Assembly (NCBI GenBank): GCA_048013815.1
Contig: CM106585.1
Location: forward strand, 22,010,001 to 22,074,000
DNA from: Setoptus koraiensis
Taxonomy: Eukaryota > Animalia > Arthropoda
DNA: 64,000 nt
Reading direction: 5' to 3'
This document shows positions 51,464-63,848 of this stretch, piece after piece (the first letter of the stretch is position 1; every line of letters starts with the position of its first letter). Below the pieces are notes generated by a model. The model was not told the DNA's origin and searched no databases. It saw only the letters and a list, made by a program, of their open reading frames with translations. The position numbers were made by a program, and so were the translations under genes.

Positions 51464-53627
51464 TTAGAATTCTTCGTCCCAACTTCCAGTGTCATCTGCT
51501 GGAGCTTCGCTTGTATCAGGTGGATATTTATCAAAGTTGCTAGTATCAACGGGAGACTTAATAGAGGGCACGAATGGCGCTGGAAGGGATCTGTTCAATA
51601 TGAATGTGTAAAACATAGTTTTTTGTTTTAGTCAATGGCAGTTTTGGTAGATACAATCAGTTTAAGATTAACGTTAAAAATACTAACCTGTTCTTTAGAC
51701 CGTCCCAGTAGAACCCATCAAACCATTTGTGTTTTCTTATATCTTCGATTCCCCCACGTTGATAACCCAATCTCTCGGTTGGATTATCTCGGCAGAGTTT
51801 CTTGATTAAGTTCGATGCTTTGAGCGAAATGGATTTGGGGAATTCGATTGCATCTATACCTCTTAATATAATATTATAAGTTTTCATTGCCTCTGCTCCA
51901 GTAAATGGAGGTGTTCCCGTTAATAGTTCAAACATTAAAACACCCAAAGACCAATAATCACAACTATAATCATGACCTCTATTAAGTATTATCTCAGGCG
52001 ACACATACTCAGGAGTTCCACAAAATGTCCATGTCTTGCTTCCAGGAGGTAATAAACGTTTGGCAAAGCCGAAGTCGGTGAGTTTGACATATCCATATTC
52101 ATCTAACAGCATATTTTCCGGTTTTAGGTCTCTGTAGATGATATGCCTAGAATGTAAATAGGAGAAGGCTTCAACAACACAAGCTGTATAAAATCTTGTG
52201 GTTGATTCATCAAAAGAAGTTCGATCCCTCAAGACAGTCCATAGCTCACCACCAAGGCAAGATTCCATCAGCATGTATAAATATTTTCTATCCTTGAATG
52301 TTCTGTATAGTTTAACTATAAAAGGTGAGTCGGCTTCTAGCATTATACGTTTTTCATTTATAATGTGTTGTTCTTGCTTGGTTTCTACAATTTGGCATTT
52401 TTTCATTACTTTCAAAGCAAAGCTTCTACTTTGATCCTCTCCAACAGTGACTAAAACAACCCGTCCGAATCCTCCATTACCAAGTGTTGTTATTACCTTG
52501 ATGTCTTCTAAGCGCAAAGATGCGAAACGTTCATCTATTCGCCTAGTACCGACATCTAACGCGTCATTGTAACGTTTCGCTTTGATCTCGGCTATGTTGC
52601 TGATAAATTGTTCGAAACTTTCTCTATCGATGACCAGACAGACAACATTTTCATCGTCCGCTATTATGTTTGCCGTTCTAATATCCTCTTCCTGTAAGGC
52701 TTTCTCGCCAAAGAAGTCACCCCTCTGCAGGTATCTAATTGTTTTCTCGACGGTTTGGTGTGTTTGTTCATCTTGAGCACTTATGGTCACTTTAACTTGA
52801 CCACTACTTATAATAAAAAATGTATCGCCACGTGCTCCTTGCCTTATTATATAATCTCCTTTCTTGTAAGCTGTCTCTTCTAAAGCACCTGAAATTTTAG
52901 CTAGTGTCTCATTAGGCACATTTTTAAAGGTGGGCACAGTCTTGAGAAAGTCCATATAGTCTATTTGGCGAATAAGACCAGATTTCATCATGATAGCTTG
53001 AAAGCATTGCCTCTCTATTGCCCATAGCTTACAATCAGTTATTGCCCTAATCGTTGCTGTTCTAGTGCAATTGTATAGTATAGCCAGCTCTCCGAATACC
53101 GAGCCAGGCTGTTGCAATATAGACAATAGTCTACCCTCTTTGGTGACCTCTATCTTGCCTTCTTCCAAAACGTACACCACCGAACCATAATCACCCTCTT
53201 TAATTATGGTTGAGCCAGCCGCAAGGGCGACTGGGAACATGCAAACCGTGATGTCATTAATTTGAGAGGGGTTGATATTTTTCAAGAAATCATTATCTAG
53301 TATTGCCTGATTGATTAATTGTTTGGTCCTGTCCGATTTCGGGTGAACTTCTAATTTGCTTGTGAGAACATCTTGAAGAGCAGCAGTGGAATGTGGCTCT
53401 GCTGATATACCTACCAGTCTTGTTTTACGTGGTTGAGCCAAAGTGCTTGACTGTATAGACAAGACGCTTTTGAATTTGTCTAGCTGACTATTAAGATGGC
53501 AAATGAGTTCATCCTTTTCGAACAATTTCGATTTAAGATCCACAATAGTACGCTCTTGAGCTGCTATAACAGCCAGGGGATCACTGGCGGCCCCACCGTG
53601 TGCAGACGCCATCATGCCAGTAGCCAT
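51464..53627 (-). CDS. for: cGMP-dependent protein kinase (PKG1/foraging type), two exons, 688 aa
   Basis: Leucine zipper, pseudosubstrate [12 protein letters not shown], two cNMP-binding domains ([31 protein letters not shown]) and a kinase domain ([28 protein letters not shown]). Exon 1 is 53627-51688, a 97-nt GTTAGT...CAG intron spans 51687-51591, and exon 2 (51590-51464) supplies the AGC tail SLPAPFVP...DTSNFD...WDEEF*. Confidence 0.95.
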
Positions 53628-54857
53628 AATAATTATATAAAATTAATAATAGTAATAATAGTATTAACGATCAAAAAGCATCAACTTGTTTCAATGTGGT
53701 AAATTGATTGCACGTTTTTACGGTTTCTATTTTATAATAATTGAAAGCGCCCTGTTCTGCTTGTAATTTGTTCTAGCTTCGTTTTGGTATCTGTGCCAGT
53801 ATCCGCTCCAAAATAGTGATCTTGCGTTGGTTGGATATTTTTGAATATATTAAATCAGCAACAAGCAACAAATGCTCCGTATGATGGCAAGCAACAGCTA
53901 GCTGCTGAATAATCTGAATAATGCAAATAATGATTGAACAATAATAATGAACGGTGCTGATGGCTAAAGCAAAATTATTGTTTTTAGATGTAAATATTGT
54001 AATCAAGTATTGTATTATATATGAGCCATATGACACAACAGGTTTTTTGAGAACTGATGACGTAATATTGGACTTGTTAATTTGATTAAAAATTAATAAC
54101 AAAATTCAATGTATTTAAATGTGGGTTTTTGGGTCTATCTAGATGTCCAATGAGTGCATGATGGTAGTAATTGTAGTGGTGGCGTTCATCATTTTTGGCT
54201 AAGCATGTTTTTATTTTTCTATATTTCTTTTTTGCTTCTTCTTCTTATTATTATTCTGTGTTGTTCGTCCTCGTTAAAGTATTGTAATTGTTGTTGATTA
54301 CGTTATATGGTTGTATATCAATTTACACAACAATGTCTCAATGAAACATTATTGTTGTACATGGTAAGACGAGAAAAATATCAATAATAATTGTTGTGTG
54401 TCGATTTGAAATAATGGAAGACAGTCAGAGAGATTATTATTACTAGATTAATTCATGTGTCCATGGATAATAACGCGCAACAGTTCTTTATTGTCCTTGC
54501 TTTTTTCGTCTTGCTACGGCTGTTGCTGTAGCTGTTGTTGCTTTGGTTGTTGTTGTGTGTTTTGTTGACACTCATCTGTAGCAATGAAAGACTAGCAGAG
54601 TAATAATAATTGTAGTAGTAATAATAATGATAGCAATAGTGGTAATAATGATTGTCAAGACATAATTAATATCATGAGCAATTCAATTCAATACAGCAAG
54701 CAATGTTGTTGACGACGACGATTCATCATGATGATGATGTTGTTAATTATCAGTCACATTGATGATACCATCAACAACAGCACTAATAACACTAACACCT
54801 CCACCTCCACAACCAAATTCATGGCGAGTGTGAGTACACAGACAATTTTTAGCTTGT

Positions 54858-54995
54858 ACACACACACACACACACACACACGCAGACACACTCAGTGCGC
54901 CGCACAGAAAAGCAGATGCATTTTCAAGGGTTCGAAGCGGAGTTCGGCGAGCGAATCTGTTCCGTTTTTTCTCAAAAACACACACACACACACAC
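54858..54995. repeat. Two (AC)n microsatellites
   Basis: (AC)n at 54858-54881 and 54978-54995. Confidence 0.85.
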
Positions 54996-57900
54996 TCGCT
55001 GGCTAGATTCGTGCGCATTGCAGCATACAAAAACTAATCAAATCACAACACTATACACTATTTTTAGGACACCACCGGAACAATTGTCTGGCTAACAATA
55101 CCCGGCTTCTAGCTAAACATTGCCCATCAGCGATTGGCTTTTGCTGATGCTCTCCGCGCTGTGAGTGTGCGTTTGCAATAACTCATCCAGATCACTGTTG
55201 TTGTTGCGCCATTGGCAAGCGAGCATTCTCCAATGAGGCAAACAAAACGGATACGAATTACTCGCCACTGTTCTCTTACACCAACAGCAAGCATGCATTG
55301 TATTGAACAACCGAGATGCTGTTGCTCAGATCCGATCTCCACTGTTGGCTTGTCGCTTGACCTTCCACCCAATCGCGGCCAGACCTCTCATAGGGCTAAA
55401 GAGTCTCTCTCTCTGTCTCGCTTTTTGTTTTGTATTTTATGCGCAATTCTACAGCATGCGCACGTCTGTAGCAACCAGTGGAATGACAACAAACAAATAT
55501 AGTTAAACAACGACCCAACATATACTGTACACACTTTTAAGCCTGTGTGGAGCCTTGGCGGAACGTCTGGCAATCAATAATATGACAGACTGACTGATAT
55601 GAGTGAGTTTGTTAGATTGAAATCAACACAGACAACCAATGGTGAACACACAATGGCCATCATTTGTGCGCCCGATCACTAGTTTGCCCGATCATTTGCG
55701 AGCGTTACAGGTTGCGTAACAGCGTAATAGCGCAATAGCGAGCAAAAGCGAGTTCCATGGGAGCACGCTGTTGAGCATGTTCATGTTTATTCATTGATAC
55801 AAAATGGCAAAGGCGGCTATATGGCTCACAACTAAATCCGTGCACCTGCTGCTGTACACCTTGCGTAATCTTATTAGGACTCCGCTGAATAAGGTTGCCT
55901 CCTGTGCATGGATATTCATAATCAACGTTAATGTAACACCATGGACTGTCCAGAGTTATTCTCAGATATAAGCACACCGAATGTTACATTATTTTATCAG
56001 CACAAAAACATAACCGATTCACATTGAATGCATGCATAATAAACTGTGCCTGACATTGTACTTGTCGCGCCAAAATTAAACCCTCCAAAAAAGTTGAGGT
56101 GGCCAGGCTTCATCTCCGCGGAGAGCTCCCACCTCACTCTCCCCATCTTAGACCCGGGAGGTCTTCCTTTCGTTTCATGCTGGGGAGCTGCCTCTCCCGG
56201 CTTCCACTTCATGCCTATCACGCCGTTGATGCATTCGATCTAAATTTCAGATTCTAAAAGATGTTCTTCGACGAGAAGAACAACTTATGTATATGCCTGT
56301 TGTGTCTGGTGTGACGCCAACCGACAGGCGGGAGCTGTTTTGCTGGGAGGATTTTCCTGCGCAAGCAAACCCGTATCCCACAACGGGAGCTGTCTCCCGG
56401 CCTCCCTCAGTAACTAAAAAAGACTACATGGCTGCCATGTTGTTCTTGGAGTTATGCAATATTCAGTCTAGACTTTTATTGCACACAAATATTGTGCAAC
56501 AAGTGAAAAGTCGCGCCATGCGCGCTAAGCAGGATAGATTGGTAGACACTTCAAGTAATAACACTTTTTTTTTCTTTTTCTATTCGAACACTTCTTCTTG
56601 ATTCAGCTCTCTTCCAAACTGACTGATGGAGCCATTTGAAAGATTGTGCTTCTTTGTTTGTGTAAGATGTTGATTCGAAAACGATTGTTGTCAGTTTCAC
56701 AAAATTGTCAACGACTCTTTTGTTTGTCGTAAATGATTGGTGCCGCATATGAGAAAGAAATTATCAACAATCCATTAGATTGATATCTATAATTTGATAG
56801 ATGGCAACAACAATGAAGATGGCAAAACTACAAGGAGAAAAGAATGTGTTGCTGCAACAAATGCTTTGTCGATAACATGGAGAGGTAAACGCCGTTCTGC
56901 TTATGTCAACCTTCAAATGGCAAGGCGCTAGTATTCGCTGTGTTGCATTTTCTTGGACATTGGGACGTCGAAAAAGAAGATGGCTGCTAGAATTGACAAT
57001 GAACAAGCAGTAGTTACAGGTGTAACATTTATAACGCTTCTATCTAGCACCGTCTAAATGTGTCTAAATTGTTATACACTGTACGCCATGAGTTATCGAT
57101 GGGCGGTTCATCCGCCAGAAGATCACATGATGTTACATAATTTTTCCAGCCATCAAATGGTGTGGATCTGTATTACTTGTTGGTTAGCCAATTCATCGAA
57201 GCATCATGGATAGTATGATTCTCCCTGCTTAGCGCTGACTGTAGAGCTCGAGTGTGAGTCGTCTAGATTTTGACAAAATAGATTGGTATAGAGATAGCTT
57301 TGGTCGACTAAGATATTTTTTGTCTCTGATCCCGGATAGGAGTTCATGGCTCTAAACACTTGGGCCACATCGACAATGGCCTCCTAGCATAACACTTCAA
57401 ACAATGCCACATGAATGATGGTGACGTCAAGTTGTATGGTTGTACAAGAATCTAATATTATACTAATGTAAGCATACATACAGTTACCGCCACAAGTGAG
57501 CCGATAAGAGCCCATCCTATGAGAAATGATAGGTGAATGTTGAGATCAAACAACTGTGTGGTGTTGAAACTATAAAACGTGGACAAACAGACTTGGATTG
57601 AGGTTCCAAGCTAAGTGAGTTTCTGAGAATTCTCGAGACCGATTTTATGGAATCATGTAGGTCATGAATTGTGACCCAAGTATGAAAGTCAACGAACAAT
57701 GCAAGGCCTGACAGCTCTTAAATCAAACAGGAAACTATTGTACTAAGATAACCAACAAATGCTGTAAAACCATGGTGTGCAAATGCCTTGGTCTGATATG
57801 AGGTTCTTTAATTATGACTCACAATCAGCAATGCCTGAACAGGAGTGCAAGAAACTCGTTCACATAAATACGGAGAAATCACCTGAACAGATAGCCTCAC

Positions 57901-60236
57901 CTCAGCCAAGTTCGCATACATCTTCGATTGCATCTATTGATATCAGCCATGATAATAATGAACGGAAGCAACCTAAGATTCAATCTTGTTCATCTGAAAT
58001 CGATATCGATGTGAATAGCTTTTTCTAGTCTTGAACACTTGACGACTGATCAACGCATTGCTCTACCTAATCTATTGGTTTCTGAAATGTGACGACAAAA
58101 TTTCAGGTAGAGAGGGTGAGATCTTCGAAAGTTTCCTCCGACAACAGCACCGAAAACAAATCTCAGAGATGTTTAAATATATTTATAAGCCATACAAAAC
58201 AGTGCTACGATAAAAAATAATTTACCATCTTTGTTGGAGATGAAGTTCGTGCAACATCTGATAATACCTGATGACATGGAATGCGCAACTTCTTCCATTT
58301 AGATTGGGAATAATACCAATAAGACATAACGATACAATATCACTGTTGAGAGGGAAACGCGAGATTATCCATACCTTCAACTCCACCTATCAACTTCACA
58401 TTTAACTTTACATTCATCCATCCAGCTCGGTAAATATATAAATCATTTTTCTTTGAAAACAAAAAACAGAACGATAGCTTACGTCCGCAGCGGGCTCCAT
58501 TGATGATAGGGAACTCGCTCCAAAAATATCCTGCAATTTTTTGGAGGTATCGCATTCCCATTAGAACAAATGAAGCTGCTTTCGAAAAGCAAACTAATAA
58601 ACATGTATGAGAGCGAACGATGAAAATGAAGGGGGATCAAGACTTCTTGCGATATGATCGACGTTTTTCTGAAGATCTGCTAGACGAAATAAATTTGTAG
58701 TATGGCTAGAAAAATGTTACAGCATGAACTATGCAGCTTTGTCATCGAGCATCATTGTCCATTTTTTCTTCCGACAAGTATCCTTGAGAAATGGCTCAAG
58801 AACACATCGTCTATCATACACGCCAGAGATCAATGAAAATTTTTATGAATCAACTTGGTGATTCGAACATTTAGTAATTATGGCATTAAAAATACCCTCA
58901 GACGACTTATCGGGCATGATTTGACGAGTCTTTGTGTAGCTGGTAATCGTGTTGTGACGTCTAAGTACGCTTGCTGGCCAAGACATGGCGGTATTCATCG
59001 GCAAGTCGAAATTAACCAATGGCTAACATATGGCAAAGAGGATGGACATGTATGTGTAGTACAATAAACTGAACTTCTAACGATGAAGCAGATACTCAAG
59101 ATAGCCGCGTCATTTGTCAACAAGAAATTTTTCAGGGTGGCACCACTAAACAACAACAACAACAGCAACAACCGGGCAGGTGGGCTGAGGGCAGCACAAG
59201 TTTCAAGTTGCAGACATTACAATGTAGATGCATAGGTGAGATTTTAATCTCGGTTTTAGATGACAGCCGAAGTAAATTGGTTATCTCTACAACACCGTCA
59301 GTAAGTCGACCAGCATCAGTGAAGTTCCGCCGAGTTCAATAATGGCAATAATGATATTTGGTAAATGTTGTTGTTGTTGTTGCTACTCTTACTGCATCAC
59401 TTTGTTTACTGCATCACATTGACCACAATACTAGTTTTTTGTGGCACACAGTTGTTACATATAAATGGTTGGTTGGTTCATGTTGTCCAGCCTCATTGGA
59501 TTGTTTTGGCTAGCCATTTTGTGTTGTTTCTTCTCCACTTTTTGTAACCACTGCAGCCGATCAGCTCATGCTATCTAGACTTGTTGTTGTTGTTGTAGTT
59601 GGGATCACAGGAAAGGTATAACACATATATAGGAGTCGTTGTTGATGTTGTATCATCATGATTCATGACAAAATACAATGTCTTTTAATGCGTCTACGTA
59701 GCACTTTAACCGTTAAAGGCGTAAATGCCTCAAAATGCAACGATCAGCAGGCCAATGATTCATGTTGTGTGTGTATGTGTGCGGGTCTGTCTGTCTATTT
59801 GTCTGTTCATAGATGTGTTTGTGTGTCTCTTCTGCACAGTAAATGTACTTGTGTGTGCGTGTGTTTGTCAGCCAGAAATATTACTATCGTCTCTTTTCAC
59901 CAATATGATAACACACTTATAATTGGAACCAACATTTCATTATCAACATTTCTTCGTTATCAACACACTATTAATTAATATCACCAATCTATTATTGAAT
60001 ACTATTATTAGATATTATCATCATTGTCACTAGATATTATTAATTTGTAATTTACATATATATTTATATATATACATATATATATATAAAAATATATACA
60101 TCCTTATTCACCAACATATACATATATTTATTATTGTTGAACATTATGCTATTACACTATTACTGAAACAACGCTCGATTATTATTATATATTTACATTC
60201 ATTTGTGTTCAGCAACAATGATTTAATTGATTCCAA

Positions 60237-61500
60237 GTGGCTCTAACGCAAACACCTCCAAAACAACTGATTCAAACCACGGATTGCAACCAAAAAGAAG
60301 TGTTAAATGAAGAAAAGGTTGGCTTTGTATCAAATTTTATCCTCAGTGCACCACCTGGGGAATTCTGCGAAGTCCTAAATGATGTCAGAGAAATACTAAA
60401 TAATGACCAGTTACTTACGGATAAAGTATCCGGGTAAGTTTAATCCAGCATTTGATATTGGGGGTTATAATCACAGCTAAAAAGAAATAATATTTAGATA
60501 TACCAAGAAAATTTTTATCCTTCCATTCTAATACTCGTTTATACTATTACTATTATTATATTACAGCGTCTTCGCGAAATATACAAAGGAACAGTTAACC
60601 TCAACACTTGTGGAGGGATCAGAATACCCTGTAATATTAAGCGATTATAATGATTTGGGTGAAAGGTTCGCCGATCCTAGAACCAGACAATCATTCAAAT
60701 ATGATCATGTTCGAAGCGAAGTCTCAGAAATCAGACCCTGGGATCCAGATAAAACAGTTGAGTCCTGGAGAGCTGCACTAGATCTTGAATGGACTAAATA
60801 CTGCCTCGAACACTATCATGAAGGCGCCGGGTCTGTGTTTGGATCATCCAAAGATGACACAATTACCTTAAGTGCCTGTATAGAGGGGCACCAATTCCAG
60901 CCAAAAAAGTTCTGGTAAGCGACCGAACTAGAGTAACTCATTCTGACTATATCCACTACTATTCCAATTGATACAAAGACTAATGTATTTGCTACTCTCA
61001 TGTTATACTTTCTCATGTCAACTTTACAGGAATGGTCGCTGGCGATCTATCTGGAATATTAGTTTTAAGCCATCACCTGGTGTTCAAGCAGAACTCAAAG
61101 GACTCATTAGACTTCATGTTCACTACTACGAAGATGGCAATGTCCAATTGGTTAGCTCGCGAGAAAGCTCACATACTATTGATATCACGGTTAGTATTCG
61201 CTCTCACAGTCTCACTATATGATTATCTACTTAGGATTGAAGCCATCAGTTCACTTATTGATTATATATTTATTTAATCATATTTTATTTGTATAGAATG
61301 AGGAACAAACAGCCAAAAACATAATTGAAGCTGTAACTCAGGTTGAAAATGACTATCAACGCGCCATCTCTGAGAACTACCAAACGATGTCCGATACTAC
61401 ATTCAAAGCGTTAAGAAGACCCTTACCTGTAATCCGTTCTAAAATCGAATGGAGCAAAATCATGAGTTACAAAATAGGTTCTGAATTGAAGCAACAATGA
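60237..61500 (+). CDS. cpa: F-actin capping protein subunit alpha; four visible exons, start codon unresolved
   Basis: Exons ~60237-60433, 60567-60914, 61030-61189 and 61297-61500, joined by GT-AG introns of 133, 115 and 107 nt with consistent phases. Motifs: [40 protein letters not shown] and [18 protein letters not shown]. There is no in-frame ATG before the conserved region. Confidence 0.93.
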
Positions 61501-61643
61501 CGAAACTTGTAACATTCAAATTTAGTAAATAATAATAATTTGTGTAGATTTATTAATACCGATTAAGTTTTCTCGGCATAGTATCCCTCATTCAGGGTGA
61601 TTCACTTAATAACCTCCATATACCATATATAGAAACTATTTAA

Positions 61644-62312
61644 TCAAGACTTGTTTAGGTTCCTAGTGAAGCTTTTGATACTCTGATTCCTCATTCTGAG
61701 TGTGCCTCTTTCTTCAGATCTCGTTTTGTTTTTCCTAGTTATTTCTCTAATTGTCGAAACAGAGGCAGTGTCGCAGAATTCTTTAACTGCAAGCAATCTG
61801 GCGATATCATTTGAAACACATTTATTTTTCTGGCTGACTTTACTGGCAGGGTTTAAGTCACAAGTGTCAATTCTGGTAGCATTCGTCTCGTCGGTCTTTG
61901 GCATCCTGATATCTTCCTTAGAGACAAGCTGAAATTTTTGCGCACCTGAAGATTCATCTGTTTCATTGTTTCGATATATCTTACTCGATTTATGGAAAGA
62001 AGGGTTCTTCACCACTGGCATAGGATCAGCAATCGAATTAGTAAATGAATTAGATGTCGATGGTTGATCTTCTTTGTTTTGCAGGTCGAAATGAGCTTTG
62101 ATAGTGTCGGCTCGCTGACCTGCGAATTGCCACCAAGCACCATAGTTATCGAGTTTGGTTTGTTTCCAAACCGCCGATGCCTTTGTTGAAGACGATCTTA
62201 CTCTTTTGTTGGTTTTATTTCGTCTGAAATATTCTCCATCGTCATCTGCCCTTTTTAAGGTAGGATCATCTACGAGGCGTATAGTGCTATCTTTTACATC
62301 AGAATAATACAT
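61644..62312 (-). CDS. Hypothetical 222-aa hydrophilic, Lys/Ser-rich protein (possibly a terminal exon)
   Basis: Long ATG-started ORF in AT-rich DNA, convergent on cpa with 143 bp between stops. It is preceded by caagtag|cttgag, which could also be an acceptor. No domain recognised. Confidence 0.55.
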   Translation of the reverse strand: MYYSDVKDSTIRLVDDPTLKRADDDGEYFRRNKTNKRVRSSSTKASAVWKQTKLDNYGAWWQFAGQRADTIKAHFDLQNKEDQPSTSNSFTNSIADPMPVVKNPSFHKSSKIYRNNETDESSGAQKFQLVSKEDIRMPKTDETNATRIDTCDLNPASKVSQKNKCVSNDIARLLAVKEFCDTASVSTIREITRKNKTRSEERGTLRMRNQSIKSFTRNLNKS

Positions 62313-63848
62313 CTCAAGCTACTTGATTGCAATTAATTTAATGTATCGAAAATGCGGTGATAGTATCTCTGGTACAAGGTTAATTAATTCTAATCTTCTT
62401 CAGGGTAACGAGGCGAAATTTATATCGATGATTATATAGAGTGCAATAACTAATTTATATATCTATATTACGTAAACTAAACTCAATTCTTTTTATTCCT
62501 AAAGTGCATTGAAGTTCTATTACGATTTCAGTTGTGCAATGGCATAGTGAAACACCTTCACCGAGATTCCTCTCAATCTGTCGAGTTGCATAGAAAGCGG
62601 AAATGAGATCGAATCTCAGAGAAAAAGTTCGGTCCGGGGCGCCACACTCATCAACCGTTACGGTGGAATGGCGCGAATTTTCAGTACAATTTGAATATCG
62701 TTACGCAAGATGCGCAATGGACCAATCTTCGAGTGGAGCTGATGCGCAATTAAAAATGTACTTGCCAATGTATGAAATTACATAGCTGCATATACAGTTT
62801 GTTCTCGCTACTCGTACAATAAATTTCCATCAGGTCGACACTATTATTTCTTTGTACTGCAGTATTAGGTGCGATTTGGTTATTTGTATAACAACCAACT
62901 ATCGAGCGTAGTGCTTCTTTTGTATAATGAAAAGAATCCATTGCTTGTTAACTAATCTCTTATCATGAGACAACTCAAGAGAGTTGAAACATTCGACAAA
63001 ACACTCAAGGTTCGACCGTGCAATTTTGGAGCGAAGCCAGCGCCTCTCAGGGCAAATTAATTAAACTGCTGTAAGTCTTCGGGAGGAAACTGTTGGAGGC
63101 AAAAAATCCGCACATGGCGGAGCACGCCCATGCTGTGAATCCGCTCATGATTACGCGGAATGCCCACATTCGATTCGTAATAGATTAGAGTCAAGCAGAT
63201 ATAGATCAGAATGATTACAAAAATCCGTTTATCTTTTTGCAGGTCAGATTTTCGTCGGCTGTTTGATTCATCTCAGAGCGATCCAGTAATCAGTTTGATC
63301 TAGATGTTACTACCTGCGATCATTACTGCTTAATGATATTTTGAAGTTTATCAGATTGAAGAACGGTATCTCATCAGCACGGGGTCATTGCTGTCGGCTT
63401 ATGAAGAAGTAAACAGCAAGGTAAAGAGTGTATGATCAAATTTTGTAATAAACAATCTGAAACCGCTTGCCCTTTCATTTCGGAAACCATCGGCATACAC
63501 AGAAAAGAGGGTCTGCCCTACTCACGCATCGACTTATGAGCATGACGCAAAAACCGCACAACCGCTCGGATCGAAATTTGGGGCAGCACCCTTGCCCGTA
63601 CCATTAAAAAAAACAATCATGATGCTGCAGCATATGCAGGACACCTCGCATCTTGCAACGGCGTGAAATGTGTACACAAACAATCACATATTCAATATAG
63701 ACTCGCTCTCGTTAGGACGATCCATTTATAAAACATATGACTAATCTCAGTTGGACCGAAGGATTCTCATGATTAATCATATCTATCTTTGAATATATTT
63801 TATTTCTTATATTCTACCATCGTACTAGTGTAAATTATTATTTTCTAG

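Noticed and set aside
54929-54938. GGTTCGAAGC, a Pol III B-box or tRNA T-loop-like motif
   Set aside because: No cloverleaf stems or A-box at a suitable distance.
55705-55977. PWCY...EYPC segment resembling a kringle domain
   Set aside because: It lacks the NYCRNPD motif and the other kringle cysteines; isolated short ORF.
56055-56063. ATTGTACTT, matching the 5' end of miR-305
   Set aside because: Only 9 nt match and there is no complementary arm.
59236-59259. Apparent 24-nt GT-AG micro-intron
   Set aside because: Too short for normal splicing and in frame, so it adds no evidence.
62603-62890. Possible small spliced tail-anchored protein ending STLLFLCTAVLGAIWLFV*
   Set aside because: It rests on one assumed 64-nt intron and has no recognisable homology; a competing ORF lies on the opposite strand.
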